NCBI GenBank assembly: GCA_013265495.1
Contig: MU057865.1
Span: 248,001 to 312,000, forward strand
Length of the DNA: 64,000 nucleotides
Direction: 5' to 3'
Source of the DNA: Vicugna vicugna
Taxonomy: Eukaryota
The notes beneath the pieces were generated by a model. That model was not told the origin of the DNA. It saw only the letters and a list, made by a program, of their open reading frames with translations, and did no database searches. Both the position numbers and the translations under genes were made by a program. Positions 29,488 through 45,070 of the stretch are shown here, one piece after another; the stretch's first letter is position 1; each line of letters opens with the position of its first letter.

Positions 29488-29652
<165 letters not shown>

Positions 29653-30099
29653 TCAGTTTCAGTAGCCGCTCAGAAATAGAAAAGTAAATAGCTACATACT
29701 TAAGATCGTTTTATAATACTTAACATTTTATTCTTGTTACAGCTTTAGTCTCCTATGTATCTTATAAAAATAGATCACCACGTGGAGACAGGTCAACTAA
29801 GCATGCCTTCTGCTTCACAAGTGCACTATGCACAAGCTAGCCCACCTTCTTGTTTTAATTCGCCTTGTATTCAATGTTTTCACATCATCTACTCATTCAA
29901 ATATCACCTGGAGTCTAAAATCTCCCCTGACAACCCAGACTAAAGCATTCTCTTTCTATGAGCTCCCAGAGAACTTGTGACATCACTGTATCATCCCCTT
30001 AGAGTTTAACTGCCACTAGTAACTGGGGGCAGGGACAATGATCATAATACTTGAATCTATATATCTGGCAATGACTGTTTTACTTACGGCCAAAATCAG

Positions 30100-30720
30100 T
30101 TTTGAACTAACCACCTTTTCTTAAGAGACTTTATTTTATTCATTTTTGCATGTGTGAATTGTCCATGTTTGTTTTATTTTGTTTTCCCCTAATCTTCAAT
30201 TGGCTTTCTGGTCCTTTGTTCTTCAGTTTCTAAGAGTTGTTTACATATTAGACAGTTGGTCCTTTGTCTATGATGTACGTCACAAACAGTTTCTTCCAAG
30301 CTGTTAATTGTCTTTTGACTTTGTCTCGGTGTTTTTGCCATGCAATGTTTTTTAACGTAGTCAAGTTTATCAATCATTTAGCGCCTCTGGATTTTGAGTC
30401 AGCATTAGAATGTCCTTCCTTAGACTCAGAGTAAATTACTAGCAATGTTTCATTTTATAACATTTAAATCCTTGATTCATTTAGAGTTTTTTCTTATGTA
30501 TGGCATGAGTAATGGATGTGATTTAACTTTATCTTCTTCCAAATGGCTGATCAGTTCCCCCGCACTAGGCTCCAGTGATGAAATGCCACCTTTATCAGCT
30601 TCCATACTTACCTGGATCTATTTCTGGGCTTCCTGGTTGGCTCTCCTAGTCTATTTGTGTATGTATGTGTGCTAGCACCACACTTACAATTACAGTCTGT
30701 TTTACTGACTGATACAGTGC
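30100..30720 (-). mobile_element. Old L1 ORF2 fragment
   Basis: taagagttgtttacatattagac..., acatttaaatccttgattcatttagagttt, ggatctatttctgggct. Confidence 0.65.
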
Positions 30721-30900
30721 TATACCAGCTTAGTGGCACTCAATGTTTCTCTGTTAAAATGTATTCCTCTATTTAGTTAATATTAACAGCTACAAACTGA
30801 AGTCAATTATTGAGCACAGGGGTGAGAGGGTAGCTTGCTTTTTTTGTTTTTCTTAATCTTTCGTCTTATGCTTGCTTGCATTTAAAACTAGAAATTTTTT

Positions 30901-31214
30901 GACACAAATGAACTTATTTACAAGGCAGGGACTCACAGACACAGAAAACAAACTTATGGTTACCAATGAGGAAAGGAGGGTGGAATAAACTGGGAGTTTG
31001 GGATTAGCAGATACAAACTGCTATATACAGAACAGATAAGCAAGGTCCTACTGCACAGCACAGGGAACTATATTCACTAACTTGTAATAACTTAAAATGA
31101 ACAAGAATACACATATATATGTATAAGTGAATCACTATGCTGTACACCAGAATCTAACATTGTGAATCAACTCTACTTCAGTAAGAAATAAAAAATAAAT
31201 AAATAAATAAATAG
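30901..31214 (+). mobile_element. 5'-truncated L1 3' end
   Basis: gacacaaatgaacttatttaca...gcacagggaactatattca...(taaa)n tail; TSD-like aaaacta(g/a)aaattt. Confidence 0.85.
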
Positions 31215-32030
31215 AAAACTAAAAATTTGTAACAGATGCCCTAGATCTTTTCTCATTTTTGGTTTTTTTTTCCCACAGTATCCGTAATGTTAAACCTATC
31301 ATTGTTGGGGAACATTTTTTTAAAGAAAAAAGAAATACACTAAATATACAGATGTCTCGTTTACCTGACATTTTGGTGGGAGGTACATGAAGGTAACATG
31401 GTGTTAGCATGACAAAACTTGCATACCCTCGACAATTTTGAAGGTAACCACAGAGTACATTCATTTGCGTATTTCAAATACCCAGAAGGCAAAACATATT
31501 TTGATTTTATAATGAAAATTCATTTTCAATTTTAGATCTGTTAACTCCATTTTATTACGTTACGCACAGCAACTATGAAGGTAATTATGTGTCTGTTTCT
31601 AAAAGATTCCCAAGTGATCTTTTTTTCCTTTTTATTCTTTTTTTCACTTATTTCTTACTTCGATGTTAGGCCATCAGCCATTACTTCTTGCTCTAAATGA
31701 CCTGTATCATCTCAGTTACCACGTTTTTATCTTCCAATGCGCTATTTTTAATGTACTTTGTTCCGATTAGAAAGGTAACTAATCAAATTTAGCAATGTAC
31801 AAAACAAGAATAAAATGGCTTAGAACAATGTAAGTGAGCTTTAAGTGTGAATATCACGGTATCTACTGTGCTGCTAACAGGATCTCTTGCCTGGAACTTT
31901 CTAAATGTAAAGCCATCTAATTAAACCACTGCTGCAAAGCAGTAATTCTTCTTTATCATCCCGAGAGAGTTACCATCTCAAAATTTCAATAGGTAGGTAT
32001 CTCAAAATCATTTAAGACATCATGATCTAA

Positions 32031-32088
32031 CTAGAATTTGACACAACATTGTAAAATGATTATAAATCAATAAAAAATGTTAAAAAAA
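32031..32088 (+). mobile_element. Ultra-short L1 3' terminus with TSD
   Basis: agaatttgacacaacattgtaaaatgattataaatcaataaaaaatgttaaaa flanked by aagacatcatgatc at 32014 and 32089. Confidence 0.82.
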
Positions 32089-32521
32089 AAGACATCATGA
32101 TCCAAACTGAATAGTTCTAGCAGCTACAATAATCTTCCCTATTTTTCAACAAAATTAGTTTCCCTAAAATTTTCATCCATTGATTCTAGCGTTACGTCCT
32201 TATATAAATACATTTTCCTTCCACATGATAACAGATTTTTCAAATACCTGTTTCCCCAAGTCTTGACTTCAAGACTGCATTCTACAGCTCTTTCAAAAAT
32301 TCAGATAAAATGGCTCCCTATCACTACACTAGCCTGGCCTTATTTTCAGGTGTGAGTACTTCTTGTAAAGATTCCATATGACCCTGATTCCATACAGCTG
32401 AAGTGAATTTATGAATCATTTTTAAATAACCAAGGTAGTTACAGATATATATATATATTTAAAAAAAGAAACTGTATGTTGTGGATCTAAGTCATAGTAA
32501 CTGGAGAAAAGCACTTTCCTA

Positions 32522-32635
<114 letters not shown>

Positions 32636-35097
32636 TTAAAAAATAAATGAATGAAACCAAATGGTAAGAAATAAGACAGGAGAATGTGCACTCAAATGCA
32701 TTTTCATTCTACTTGATGAACATCATTTCTCCTTTTAAAAAATTATCTTCTTTCAACTATATTTTAAAATACATATCCATTTTTTACCTTTTGTTACTGA
32801 GGAAATGTTCTGAAAACAAAACTGAACAATAAAAAAATCTGTATTATAGTTTTTAGAGATATGAGGTCTGGAAATTAGTAGTTTGCTTATGTCAGGATTT
32901 TTTTTTAAACTTTGTTTATAATAACTGAATCAAAATAATATGTCCTACTTTTCAAACTTAGAACAAGAAACCACAGAGTACAATTAAAATACGGCACAAT
33001 GGATGTGTGCATTGTTTGCAAAAACTAAGTGGATTTTGGTAATTTTTCAAATTATTACAACTGAGTTCCACTCAGAAAAGTAGAATTTTAAACGCAGAGT
33101 TAACATTACTCAAATTTACACCCGGCTAGAAACTCAGTGGCACTGCTTCTCAGGGGAGCCTTACTCAACACAATACAAACCTGAATGATAGGAATCAATC
33201 CATCAATTCCTAAGAAACAAAGTTGCCTTATTTTGTTGGTATTACCATTTCTGAAGAATGGTTACTTTGATTTTTATCCAATGCAGGCAAGAAAAGTAAT
33301 TTAGCATAATAAATGTCACCACATACATCCTGGAAAAGGCTAAACGAATTAAGGTTGAAATTCATTTCCTCACAACTGCACACCTAGTATCAAGTTTTTC
33401 TGTCAATTTCCAAATGCTAGTGTATTTTCAAATTTAGATATGTGCAACAAAATCAGGGAAGACTGAAAGAGGCGAAGTACTGTGACTTTAGGTTCAGTAA
33501 TTGAGTCTTAGAGAAAACCACAAATTCCCACAGAAGTTGTTTAACAGGCCGGTTCTCAGTCACCACCCCAGAGTACACATTTATCAGCCCAGCTGTGACA
33601 AGTAATCTTCACTAAGGCTATCTGTCAACAAAAGACAGGTGACAAGAAAGTCTATTTCCATTAGATTCAATACACCGGCCCAGCAATCTTTACACTAAGT
33701 GGAAATATGACAGGGGAGGTAGACAGGCATTAATTTACGGGCAATTTTCAAGAAGCAGTAGAAAAGGGTCAAGAACCTTTTCAAAAATACTTGAAATTCT
33801 TCTAATTTCTATTCTGCTATTATTTCATCTGCTATCAAAGCTGTCTTTCAAAAGATCCTTCACATCTCCAATGTTTCAAAGTACCATCTCTATTAACATG
33901 TTTTTGCAATATAAACTCCAAATGGGCAGGAAATAATGCTTTCAATGAAACTACATACAATAAAAATGTAAAATGCAATTTTACTCAAATGTATTGATAA
34001 CAAAACAATTTCACTCACCTACATTTCCCTTTCTAATGCAGTTTTTCTAATTAACAAATGATGTTAAATAACCTTATCTTCCTATCTTCTTTTTTCTCCC
34101 AGAGAGTACAATTTATAAAATAAAAAGCTGAAACAACTATTCCTAACCTTTTACTTTAGAATGGGGGACAAGCTAAAGGGTAAAAGACACATTAACTTGA
34201 AAAGTACCAGAAAAGTGATCACAAATTAACTATACAAACCCCCACTATGAAAGCATCTTTCAAGTAGTAGTTTATAGTTACAAAAATACTTATATTTTAA
34301 AAAACCACTTGTGACAACTTTAACAAATAACACTAATGTGTAAATGTAATTTAAACGTGCTGCTTCTAAAGAACAGATACACTGCATACAGCTTAGCTAT
34401 AGGCTAGAAGAAATACTATTCTTTTATGCCACATATCAAAAGTCTGTCCTCGGAAGCAGCTGCCTTAGTACTTCCACGATAACAAAAGGTACCTGGTTTA
34501 TGTGGTTTTGAACTATGTACACAATTAAATAAAGACCCTTCAATAAGCATTTAAGGCAGATTATCTTTCAAGTAGCTACAAATCAAATATACAACTACTT
34601 TCTTTTGATAACGAGCAGACGAGCAAATTCATAACTGCATACCTGTTATCACTCAGCCTAGAAATAACTCAGTTTTCTGAATTCTTGCATATATTATATA
34701 AATAAATGAACATTTATGAAGTCTTTCGTAAGCCCACTTATGTTAGGGTCACATATATAATTTCAACACATTATATATACACTCGAGTAACAAACATATC
34801 CTTAACCTTCAATTCCTTACCCCACTTACAAAGTAAGATTCCCTCTTTTTTAATTTTTCAAACGGAAACTATTCGCTGATGAAGCTATTGCTTTTCAGGT
34901 CCTATGTGCCACTTTGCAGAACAATTAATCAAAAAGTTTTTAATCTCTTGCATAATTATTGAATTCTGTAGCCCAGAAGTGCATTACATGAATGATTGGC
35001 TTTTGTAATCTTGTTGCAGCTGTGCGATTTGATTTGTGTTTATGAAACCAGCTGCCGCTGACAGCTGTCTGCTGCCATCCTACAGCCAAATAATTCA

Positions 35098-35277
<180 letters not shown>

Positions 35278-37159
35278 CTAAAAAAACAAAGGTTTTTATG
35301 AAAAATGATCTCTTTCAATATCAGTTTGTATCATTATCCCCAATTCAGTAATAGATGAATATATCAAATACAACTTAAAGTTTAACAAATTTCGATTTCA
35401 TTATTCTAAATACACTGCTTTATACAGTACTACTATTTTATTCTATGTAGCACTCCTGTTTTATCCAGAGGTGTCTATTACTCACTAATAACTCCCTCCT
35501 TAAACTTACGACATTTTTGGTTTATTCAGTAGTGTGAATTTTACTATATAAAATTTTAAAGGTATTTTGTACATATTTGCTTAAGAATGATTTTATTTCA
35601 AAAATAAATCAGATTTTTGTTTTTCTAACAATTTTTAGCAAAGAACAGTTCACCCTTAAACCATATGGACTAATCTAACTATAGAAATTAACATAACTAT
35701 AACGAAATACAAAGATAAAACGAAGTATGTAACTAAGGACAGAGGCCATTTGAGCTTAACAAATAAACATCTACCCTCACAATTTACAAATGGTCTTAAA
35801 ACAGCTTATAATCATTTGTAAACTTTTATCAATACACTTTAAATATACTGTATATACTTCTATATACAACATATAAAATGTTGGTTATGTGTATAAATGT
35901 GCCCCCTTAAAAAAAAAAAAAGGCAAACACTGTATTAATAATGACATGAAAATAAAACGAAGTCTAAAAGGGTGATTAGTCCTGACCCAAAACTGTTGGA
36001 AAAATGCTTTAAATCTATATGTATATAATCATAAAGATCTAAGATCACTTAAACTGTTCAGTTTTAGGAGGCATATTATAGACTACTATGAAAATGATAC
36101 TGGACTCTTTTTTAAAGAGTGTGTATAGAGAGTGAGAAAGGTTTGGAAAAGTAATCCCTAATGTTACATTTTCACACCTAAAGGTGTATAAGTTGAAGAA
36201 CAGAAAAATATAAGTAAGCATTTTGATTAAACTACTTTTGGAATGTGAGCACTATAAAAATCAAAAAAGGTAAATTTTTCTCCCAGTTTCAGTATACAAG
36301 AATGTATTATGAATACATTTAGAAAAGATCTCCAGTATTCATACTGATTATGAACGTTGTTAAACACTACTAATTTGCTTTTTTTTAAATGAGCAATGCT
36401 AGAATTTAAACTTTATAAATGTTCACTGTAAAGTTACAAATTTCTCTTTCCACCTACTGAAAATTGATCAGCGAATATAAATTAAGTTATTTGTGCCATG
36501 TGGTGGTCACTATAAGCTGAGCATATTACAAAATTGCCATTCTTCTCTCCTAATGTGATTAATATAACTGTTATTTCTGCTTTCTAGACATAGAATGTTA
36601 GACCACACATCTCCTATGTCAGTGCTAACGCACACATAAATTTTTGTTGTTGTTGTTCTAACCTTTGTAAAAGAGTTTCATTGGAGCCATCTTTTAATTA
36701 AACATATTCTGGACCAATACATAAGATCAAGAAACAAATAAATTACTTAAATCATGTAACCTTCTCATGGGTGCACAGTTCTCTATGTACTACGTAAGAC
36801 AAGTAGTATCTTAACTGGGGAGGTGAACTGCTAATGATGACTTAAGGTAACTGAAGGGACGAGGTAGCACTGTGTCATTTGATTTATCAAATCAGCTTGA
36901 ACATAAACTGCCGTACGGAGAAGGAGAGAACATACAAGTGAGGCATCAAGCTAAGCATGGACTTCACTTATAATTGGTACACTTATGATATCCACTACCT
37001 ACTCCATGGTTCAACGTAACATGAAAATATAAGAAAGGCAGATAACCCAAGTTTTCCACTTTAATAGCACGGAACTCACAACTAGAGGTTATACTCAATA
37101 CACTCACATTTGTGAGGTACGTGGCAATAAATAATTCTTCTAAAAAAATTCTTGATTTA

Positions 37160-37330
<171 letters not shown>

Positions 37331-37344
37331 TCACTGAAAGCAGG

Positions 37345-39430
37345 ATAAAGAATGGTAATGATCATCAATATAATACTGGAAGTACTAGCTGATGCAATAA
37401 GACAAGAAAAAGGCAATAAGTGATGTACAGATTGGGAAGAAAGAACACTGGTTTTATTCCCAAGTGACATAATCATCTATGCAGAAAATATTTTAAAAAA
37501 TGGACAAAAAAACTCCTGGAACTAATAAGCAGTGATAGCAAGGAGGATACAAGATTCATACACAGATGTCAATCTCTTTCCTATATACCAGCATTAAATA
37601 AGTAAAATTTGAAATTAAAAACACAATATAATTTACATTACCAGCCCCCAAAATGAAATTAGTATGAATCTAACAAAATATGTACAAGATCTACATGAGG
37701 AAAACTACAAAACTCTAATGAACAAAATCAAAAGAACTAAATAAATGGACAGATATTCCATTCAGGGTAAGAAGACACAATATTATCAAGATGTCAGTAC
37801 TTCCCAACTTGATCTATAGATTCAATGCAATTCCAGTCAAAAAACTCCCAACAAGTGATTTTGTGGATATCAATAAATTGATTCTAAAGTTTGTAGGAGG
37901 CAAAAGATCCCTAATACCCAAACACAGTATTGAGGAACAAAACTGGAGGATACACATTACCCAACTGCAAGTCTTAATACACAGCCACAATAATCAAGAC
38001 AGTGTACTATTAGCAAGAACAGATAAATGGATCAGTGGGACAGAACAGAAAGTCCAGAAGTAGACCACATGGAATCAACTGATTTTTGACAAAAAGCAGA
38101 GGCAATAAGATGGAGCAAAGAGTCTCTCAACAAATGTTGCTGACACAACTGGACATGCACATGCAAAAGAATGCATGTAGACAAAGACCTTACAACCCTT
38201 CACAAAAATTGACTCAAAATGGATCACAGACCTAAATGTAAATCACAAAACTACAGAACTCCTAGGAGATAACATAGGAAAAAAACCTAGATAACCTGGA
38301 GTATGCTGACAGCTTTTAAAATGCAACATCAAAGGCACATTCCATGAAAGAATAAACTGACAAGCTGGACTTCATTAAAATTGCCAAAAGAATAAGAAGA
38401 CAGCTGCAGATTGGGAGAAAAGATTTGCAAAAGACACACATGATAAAAGATTGTTACCAAAAATATACCAAGAACTTCAAACTCAACAATAAGAAAATAA
38501 GAAACCTGATTTTAAAAATGGGCCAAAGATCTTAATGAAGAAGCATCAACTCACCAAAGAAGAAATACAGATGGCAAAAAAAGCATATGAAAAGATGTTC
38601 CACATCATATGCCATCAGGGAAATGCAAATTAAAACAAGGAGAAACCACTGAACGTCTATTACAGTGGCCAAAATTAGGAACACTGACAACACCAAATGC
38701 AGGTGAGGATGTGGAGCCACAGGAACTCTAACTGCTGCTGGGAATGCAAAATGGCACAACCTCTTTGGAAGTTTCTCACAAAACTAGACACACTCTTACC
38801 ATATGGTCCAGGAACGGCCCTCCTTGGTGTTTACCCAAAGGAGATGAACACTTATGTCCACACGAAAGCCTGCACATGGATATGTATTCACAGCAGCTTT
38901 GTTTACAACAGCCGAAATTTGGAAGCAACTCAGATGGCCTTCAGCAGGTGAATGGATGAACTGATACATTTGGACAATGTTATTCAGCACTAAAAAGAAA
39001 GGAGTTACCAACCCCTGAAAAGACACAGAGGAACCTTAAGTGCACATTATACATGAAAGAAGCCAATCTGAAGAGGCTGTGCGATTCCAACCACAGAAAA
39101 GGTAAAAACTATGAAGACAATAAAAAGATAACTGGTTGCCCAGGGTTGGCGGGGAAGAAGTGGTAAATGACTGGAGCACACAAGATTTTTAAGGCAGTGA
39201 AACTGCTGTAACAGACTATAATGATGGATAAATAACATTAAACATTTGTCAAAGCCCACAGAATGTACAACACCAAGAGTGAACTCTGAGGTTAACTATG
39301 GACTTTGGGTAGTTATGATTTGTCAGTGTAGGTTCATCGACTGTAAAAAAATGTGCCACAGCGGTGGAGGGTGTTGATAATGAGAGAGGCTATGCATGTG
39401 TCTGGACAGAGTACATATGAAAAGAAAATT
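37345..39430 (+). mobile_element. L1MC1/L1MC2-like LINE, ~2.1 kb (decayed 3' ORF2 plus 3'UTR)
   Basis: ORF2 remnant MSVLPNLIYRFNAIPVK; 3'UTR gaatgtacaacaccaagagtgaact...aactatggactttgggt...gtaggttcatc. Confidence 0.88.
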
Positions 39431-41599
39431 TTTTACTGGTCTACAATCTGCCGTATAAACATGCTAAAAAATACTGAAGCCCTTCCTGAAAGTATCTCCA
39501 TGTTCCACATTTCTTGTATTTTGATTATCACAAAGGGAGAGAATTATAATAATGGTTCCTCAAAATGGAAATAAACTATTTTTTTCTATTTTCCTCATGT
39601 CTCAATATAAAAAAATAATAGACAGTTACATACATAAGGCATTTCTTTGGGACCTCTAATGTAATACTCTAAGACTTAAGTGTACCGGTGTGCATGTGTA
39701 CTTTGCTTTTAAGAAGAAGTGATAAAAGAATTAACGGTAATAAAGGAACTGGCGGTAATAAAAAAATTTCTAGAGTTGCAGTTGACAGAGTCCTCTGGAG
39801 GTCTTACATACCAATCTATCCTAGGTTATATACATTAAATAATACATTGACCCTTCAAATCTATAGAGTTCAAGAGAATTTCCCAGTTCCTCAAAATGGA
39901 ACTAGATTTTGTTTTAAAAAATATAATTTTAAACATCAGCATTATTCATGCATCAAAATGCCCTCTTTCTTTCTAAACAAATTCATAGCATGATGCAAAC
40001 GTGGACATTAAATTAGCTTGGTAGCTTTAATGGTGGTCTGTCTTTATGAGTGTCTGTCTTTCCATTAAACATGTAATGATGGTATTCCTGTAAGGATGCC
40101 AAAGACTTCCACCAATTACCATCTCCCTCACAAAACTAAAAGTCATCAATATTCTTCATATTCCTCAGCTAAGGGGCTCTCATCACATTTATGTGGCCGT
40201 ATTGTTTCAGAAATGAAAACAGTAACTTCATACAAAGAGTTTGAGGATCATTGTAATATAAAACTATCAGATTCGCTTTCTTCCAAATAACAAATTCCTT
40301 TTCACCTGAGGTAATCGTAATCGCTAAATGAAAACGGATAAGCCAACAATAAGTGCTTAGCATTATTACTCACACAAAGCAGGGACTAAACATTTTGTTG
40401 GCTCTGGCGGAACCTTACACAAATATGCTAGCAACATGAAAACAAACCAAGAATTAATCACAAGGGACTCAAAAGAACATCGGGCAATGTGACTTAAAGG
40501 AAAGCGTGCTAGACCAGGAGCCAGAAGCCCTGGGTTCTAACGGAGCACTCCATTTTTGAACTGTCATTTTTGAACCCACATCTACAAAAAGAAGTCTTAA
40601 CTTCTATTCCCGCTACCAAAAATCAAATAAAGACAATGGATGCAAAATACGACAGGCAGTAGAATTCTGTGTACTCTTTAAAGAATTACATTCTCACTCA
40701 CGTTGCAACTCATTTCAAACTAGTTTTTAAAATTAATAAAAATATAGCTACTACAATGAAGTGGCAGAGCTAGGATTTCAACCCCAGGTCTCTGGAGTCC
40801 ATGCTCCTTCCACGAGTCTTCGCTACCTCCTCTAGTCATGCACTTACAGTAGGACATTTAGGGTCAATTAAGTCTTGTAATTTACTAAACACAAGTTTCA
40901 TATTTATGATACAGTAGTTGACTTCCCATTAGTTTCCTTTGAGAGAAGAACTGGCAACAGCAAATTAAGTTTAGATGTGGGAGAATGTATTGGGGATCTC
41001 TCTTTCCCTCACTAAATCGTTAGATGAACTGAAAATTTTCTGTAGTCATTTTTTCCTAGCTCCGGAATTCATGTTTGCTGCTAATATATACTACTTCGTA
41101 TATAGCATAGCTGTAACTTTTCTATTTGAATACTAAAAGAGGACTATTCTCAATCTTATGAACAGCTACCAAAGAATGCATTGGTGAGGATGCTGGTACC
41201 ACAAACTGGTAAAGCCATTTTGAAGGACAAGTTTAAATGATCTCAGATATATTTACATTTGAGCATCACTATTTGCAATACAGAAAACTCAGAAATAAAG
41301 GAACGTAAATGTCTATCAACAGTGTGAAGTGTTAAGTAAACTCTGGCGCACACACACTGTGAAATATAATAAAAACTCAAAGAGAGAAAAATCAATATAC
41401 ACTGATAGGGAAAGATCACTCTGATACTGTTGAACGCAAAATGAGAGGCACCACTCATGCTATGATTGTTTGTTGACAAGTTTGTCTCTGGCACCAGCCT
41501 CTGAGACTGAGAGCAGAATTTCTAGTTATTTCTCTGCTTGAGTCAATTTTGCAATTTCTGTAGCACTAGAAAGTTACCACTCAAAATCTCCCTTGATCA

Positions 41600-42160
41600 T
41601 GTGCTATTTTTTATTACTATATAAAAAAGCACCCCAAAACTTAGTACCTTAAGACAACATGCATTTAATTATTTGTCATGATTCTTGGAGATGTCAGAAA
41701 GTCATTTTCTTGGGAGACAGCTGGATATTTTTTCTACTAGTCTAACAGTCTCTCATCAGATGGCTGTCATTTGGCAGCTGGAGCTGGAATGTCCGAGGTA
41801 ACGTCACTCACATTTCTAACGCCTTTGTGAGAAAGGGTGGGCTCAGCTGGCAATCCAGGGTGGTGGCCTCTCTCTTTCTGAAGGTACTCTCAGTGCTGCT
41901 CCCTCTCCGGGCAGTCTTTCAACAATGTCACTGCAACAAGGCAGCTGGACATCTTATGGTGGCCCATTATTCCCAAAGTGCAAAAACAGAAACTATCAAG
42001 CTGTCTTCAAGTTGAGGCTTGGAACAGGCATAGCGTCACTTCGGCTGTATCATGTGAGTTCAAATGAATCACAGGGCTAGTGCAGATCCAACACGGAAGG
42101 GTGATTATCGATCGGGAGGCATGCGTCACTGAGGGTCACCACTGAAGACCAGCTAGAGCA
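41600..42160 (-). mobile_element. MLT1-family (MaLR) LTR
   Basis: caccccaaaacttagtaccttaagacaac...gcagctggacatcttat...gcatagcgtcacttcggctgtat. Confidence 0.75.
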
Positions 42161-43589
42161 TCACGTACTTCTAGGAAAGTCTAAGTGCACAATACAACTG
42201 ACGGCTCAGTTGCAAAAGAGCAGAAGGGCGAGGATCTGGAGATGGCAAAGCCAGCTCTCAGCTGGACTTCAGGCATCAGGGGAAGTCTAGAATCAGCTAT
42301 AATAATTCCTAAATGACAGGGCCTGCCGTCCTCTCCAAATTAAGCTCCTATATCCCTCCAACTGACATGCTACACTCCAGCCACCCTTATCAGTCCAAAC
42401 CATAAGACCTTCTACTTTTAAGCCTCAATGCAGATGAAATGATTAAAATACTGATAAAAAATTTACTAAACATTTATAAAACTTTAGAGAATTATAAAGC
42501 ACTATACAAATTATAAGCAGCTATTATAAGCCCATAATCTATGTCACTTCATCTCCCCAGGTGCTGATGACAACAGAGACCAACTTGGGCTGTTCTCACC
42601 AGTACAAAAGCAGCTTCTACTGTCTCCAGTTAGGGAACGACTGTAGGTAACAAGGACCAACAACGAACTTTAACAACTTATATTTCATTCGGGGTCTGAA
42701 TGTCAGTGACCTAGATCTCTTAAATGAGAAAAATCTGCATTCTGTTCAACAGCAGGGTAAAACTAGTACAATCTGTTTCAAATTACTCCCAAAGAAATAA
42801 CCCTCACTAGGGTGCCCATCCTAGGAAGGAGCCAGGTCAAGTTATCAATAGAAGAGTCATTCTCTCTTTCTAAGGAACACAGGTTTCTACAGAATTCACG
42901 AGAAGTCACAGAGTTGGAAGAGAAGCCCACTGTCACAGAAGTAATGATGTAATTACTGAGTTCTATCCTCTCGAAGAACTAAACAGCAAGGCGTTTTAAA
43001 AGCTATTTAAATGTAAAGAATCTGTAAGAACCAAATAACAACATGCCCAGGAAACTGCGTGGAGTATACTAACCATGTATTATCAGATTTAATGGGAGAA
43101 CAGAAATATGTGCTTGAGGAGGATGCCTCAGATTGGCAGGTGTTCAGACCAAGGACAGAACTAAAAGTAGGTCGACTTGCTACAATGTACACAGAAGGGA
43201 AGACAAAGTGTCAAACCAGACAGAGATCCCTGGGAACAGGTAGATTTCCATGATCACCACAACTTTCTCATATCTGCCCTGCTAGACTGTAAGCTTCTTG
43301 AGTGCTAGAGATATGAATGGGTGATAAAGCCTAGCATTTATTCATTCAATGGATATTTATATTTACTGACAGGACTTTTGAGAGAATGGAACACAAATGC
43401 ATGCTCTGGAATTCTGCTCAAGAGCTTTGGGAAGCTGTGGGGGGCAAGGGAAGGGAGTAACTCTCAAAAGGAAGCTGGAAAAAAGAATGATCTATGCCCT
43501 TGGTCACTTTTCCCTAGTATTCATATACTTTCAACTTAAATACACACTACTTCATTGTTGTTGTAAATTGCAAACTTCCATCAGGTCCT

Positions 43590-43950
43590 GGCTCTGGAGA
43601 TAAGCATAGATAAACGCGCCTGAACAAAACAAACAATGGAGCTTAAGGCAGGAAAGGGTGTCATTATGTGGTACTGCCTGTATGCCTATAGGGGAAATGC
43701 CTACATGCCGATATACAAATTTAAACACTAATATGAAAGTCATGAACAGGGCACTATGATAGAAAATATGGAGGGTCCTGAGAAGGCATCTCAAGCAGGA
43801 AAACATTTAAGCAGAGACTTGAAGGATACAGAATCAGCCAAACAAACAGGAGAAAATGTCCCACTCAGGGGAAATAGCTTGTTTGTCAGCGTATCAGGGA
43901 GCATGAAGTGCCCAGCCATCAGAGAGAGACCAGGGTGGGAGTTCTCAGGA
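43590..43950 (-). mobile_element. L2 fragment
   Basis: gagggtcctgagaaggcatctc...acatttaagcagagacttgaaggat. Confidence 0.55.
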
Positions 43951-44439
43951 AATATTCAACTAAATAAACCAAGTTCTCTTCAAGGTGGCGAGTAGGAAGA
44001 CCTATACATACAGAAGATGCTTACTGGGAATCAGCTTTCTTGAAGTTCATCATGACCTAGAATTTTCCTTATAGTAGACATCACATATACAGCCCGAAAC
44101 AAGATAGGAAAGAGTGAGAGGAACTGAAAAACAATGTGTATCTATTTCAAAGCTGCCTCAGAAACCAGAGCGAGATAAATGGGGAGAGACAGGCGGTGTC
44201 GAAAGGAAACTGGAGAGGAATGATTTCTGCTTTACAAATTTACCTTGGCCAGTTTATTCCATATTCATATACCTATTTTATCTTTACAAAAGGCATCCAT
44301 CAACAAGTACTTATCAAAATACCAGACACATGGCCCAAATTCACAGATGCTATTAAATATGGGTTAGTTTTGTTAGTTTATCAAGAGATGGTATGATTGC
44401 TTAAGGAGTTTAATATTTAGTTGTGAAAACAAGATGAAA

Positions 44440-45070
44440 ACATAAGACAGACTATAACTGCTAAAATAATTCAACGATGTATACCGTATTTTGACCCTGG
44501 TTTTAGGCACCAACATACATCTTATGACTATGTCTGATAACCAAGAAATATAGTGTGTAACAAATATCAAAAAAGCCATAGAAAAATAACTTAAAAGAGC
44601 AATTCTCACTTTTTATTTTCAAGCTAGTAGGAAATATAAGGTGGATAATGGCTTTACAGCAGCACAGAATTGCAAATACTTTGAACAGCCAACCCCAGAG
44701 GATTGTTGAAATAAATTATGGCATATATTCACCATGGAAAATTTTAAAGTCTTTACAAATCATCTTATGAAAGTATCTGAAATGCCCTGGAACAATTATG
44801 AGACACCATTAAGTGTAAAAGCAGGATTAATTTAAACATACACACACACACTATGATCCCAAATTAAAAATAAACACATAGACATCCACACATAACACAT
44901 TTATACATTTATTTATTCATTCATTTATTTACTTACTTACCAAAAGAATATCAACTAAAATACTAATAATGCCTATTGTGGGTAGAGGATTAGCCATAAT
45001 TTTTAATCTTTGTACTTCAATAATCTACCACTGTGGATGCATACTATCTTTGTAATAAGAAAAAAGTAAG
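44440..45070 (+). mobile_element. Old L1ME-type 3' fragments
   Basis: aaataaattatggcatatattcaccatggaa; aaaatactaataatgcctattgtgggtagaggatt. Confidence 0.5.
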
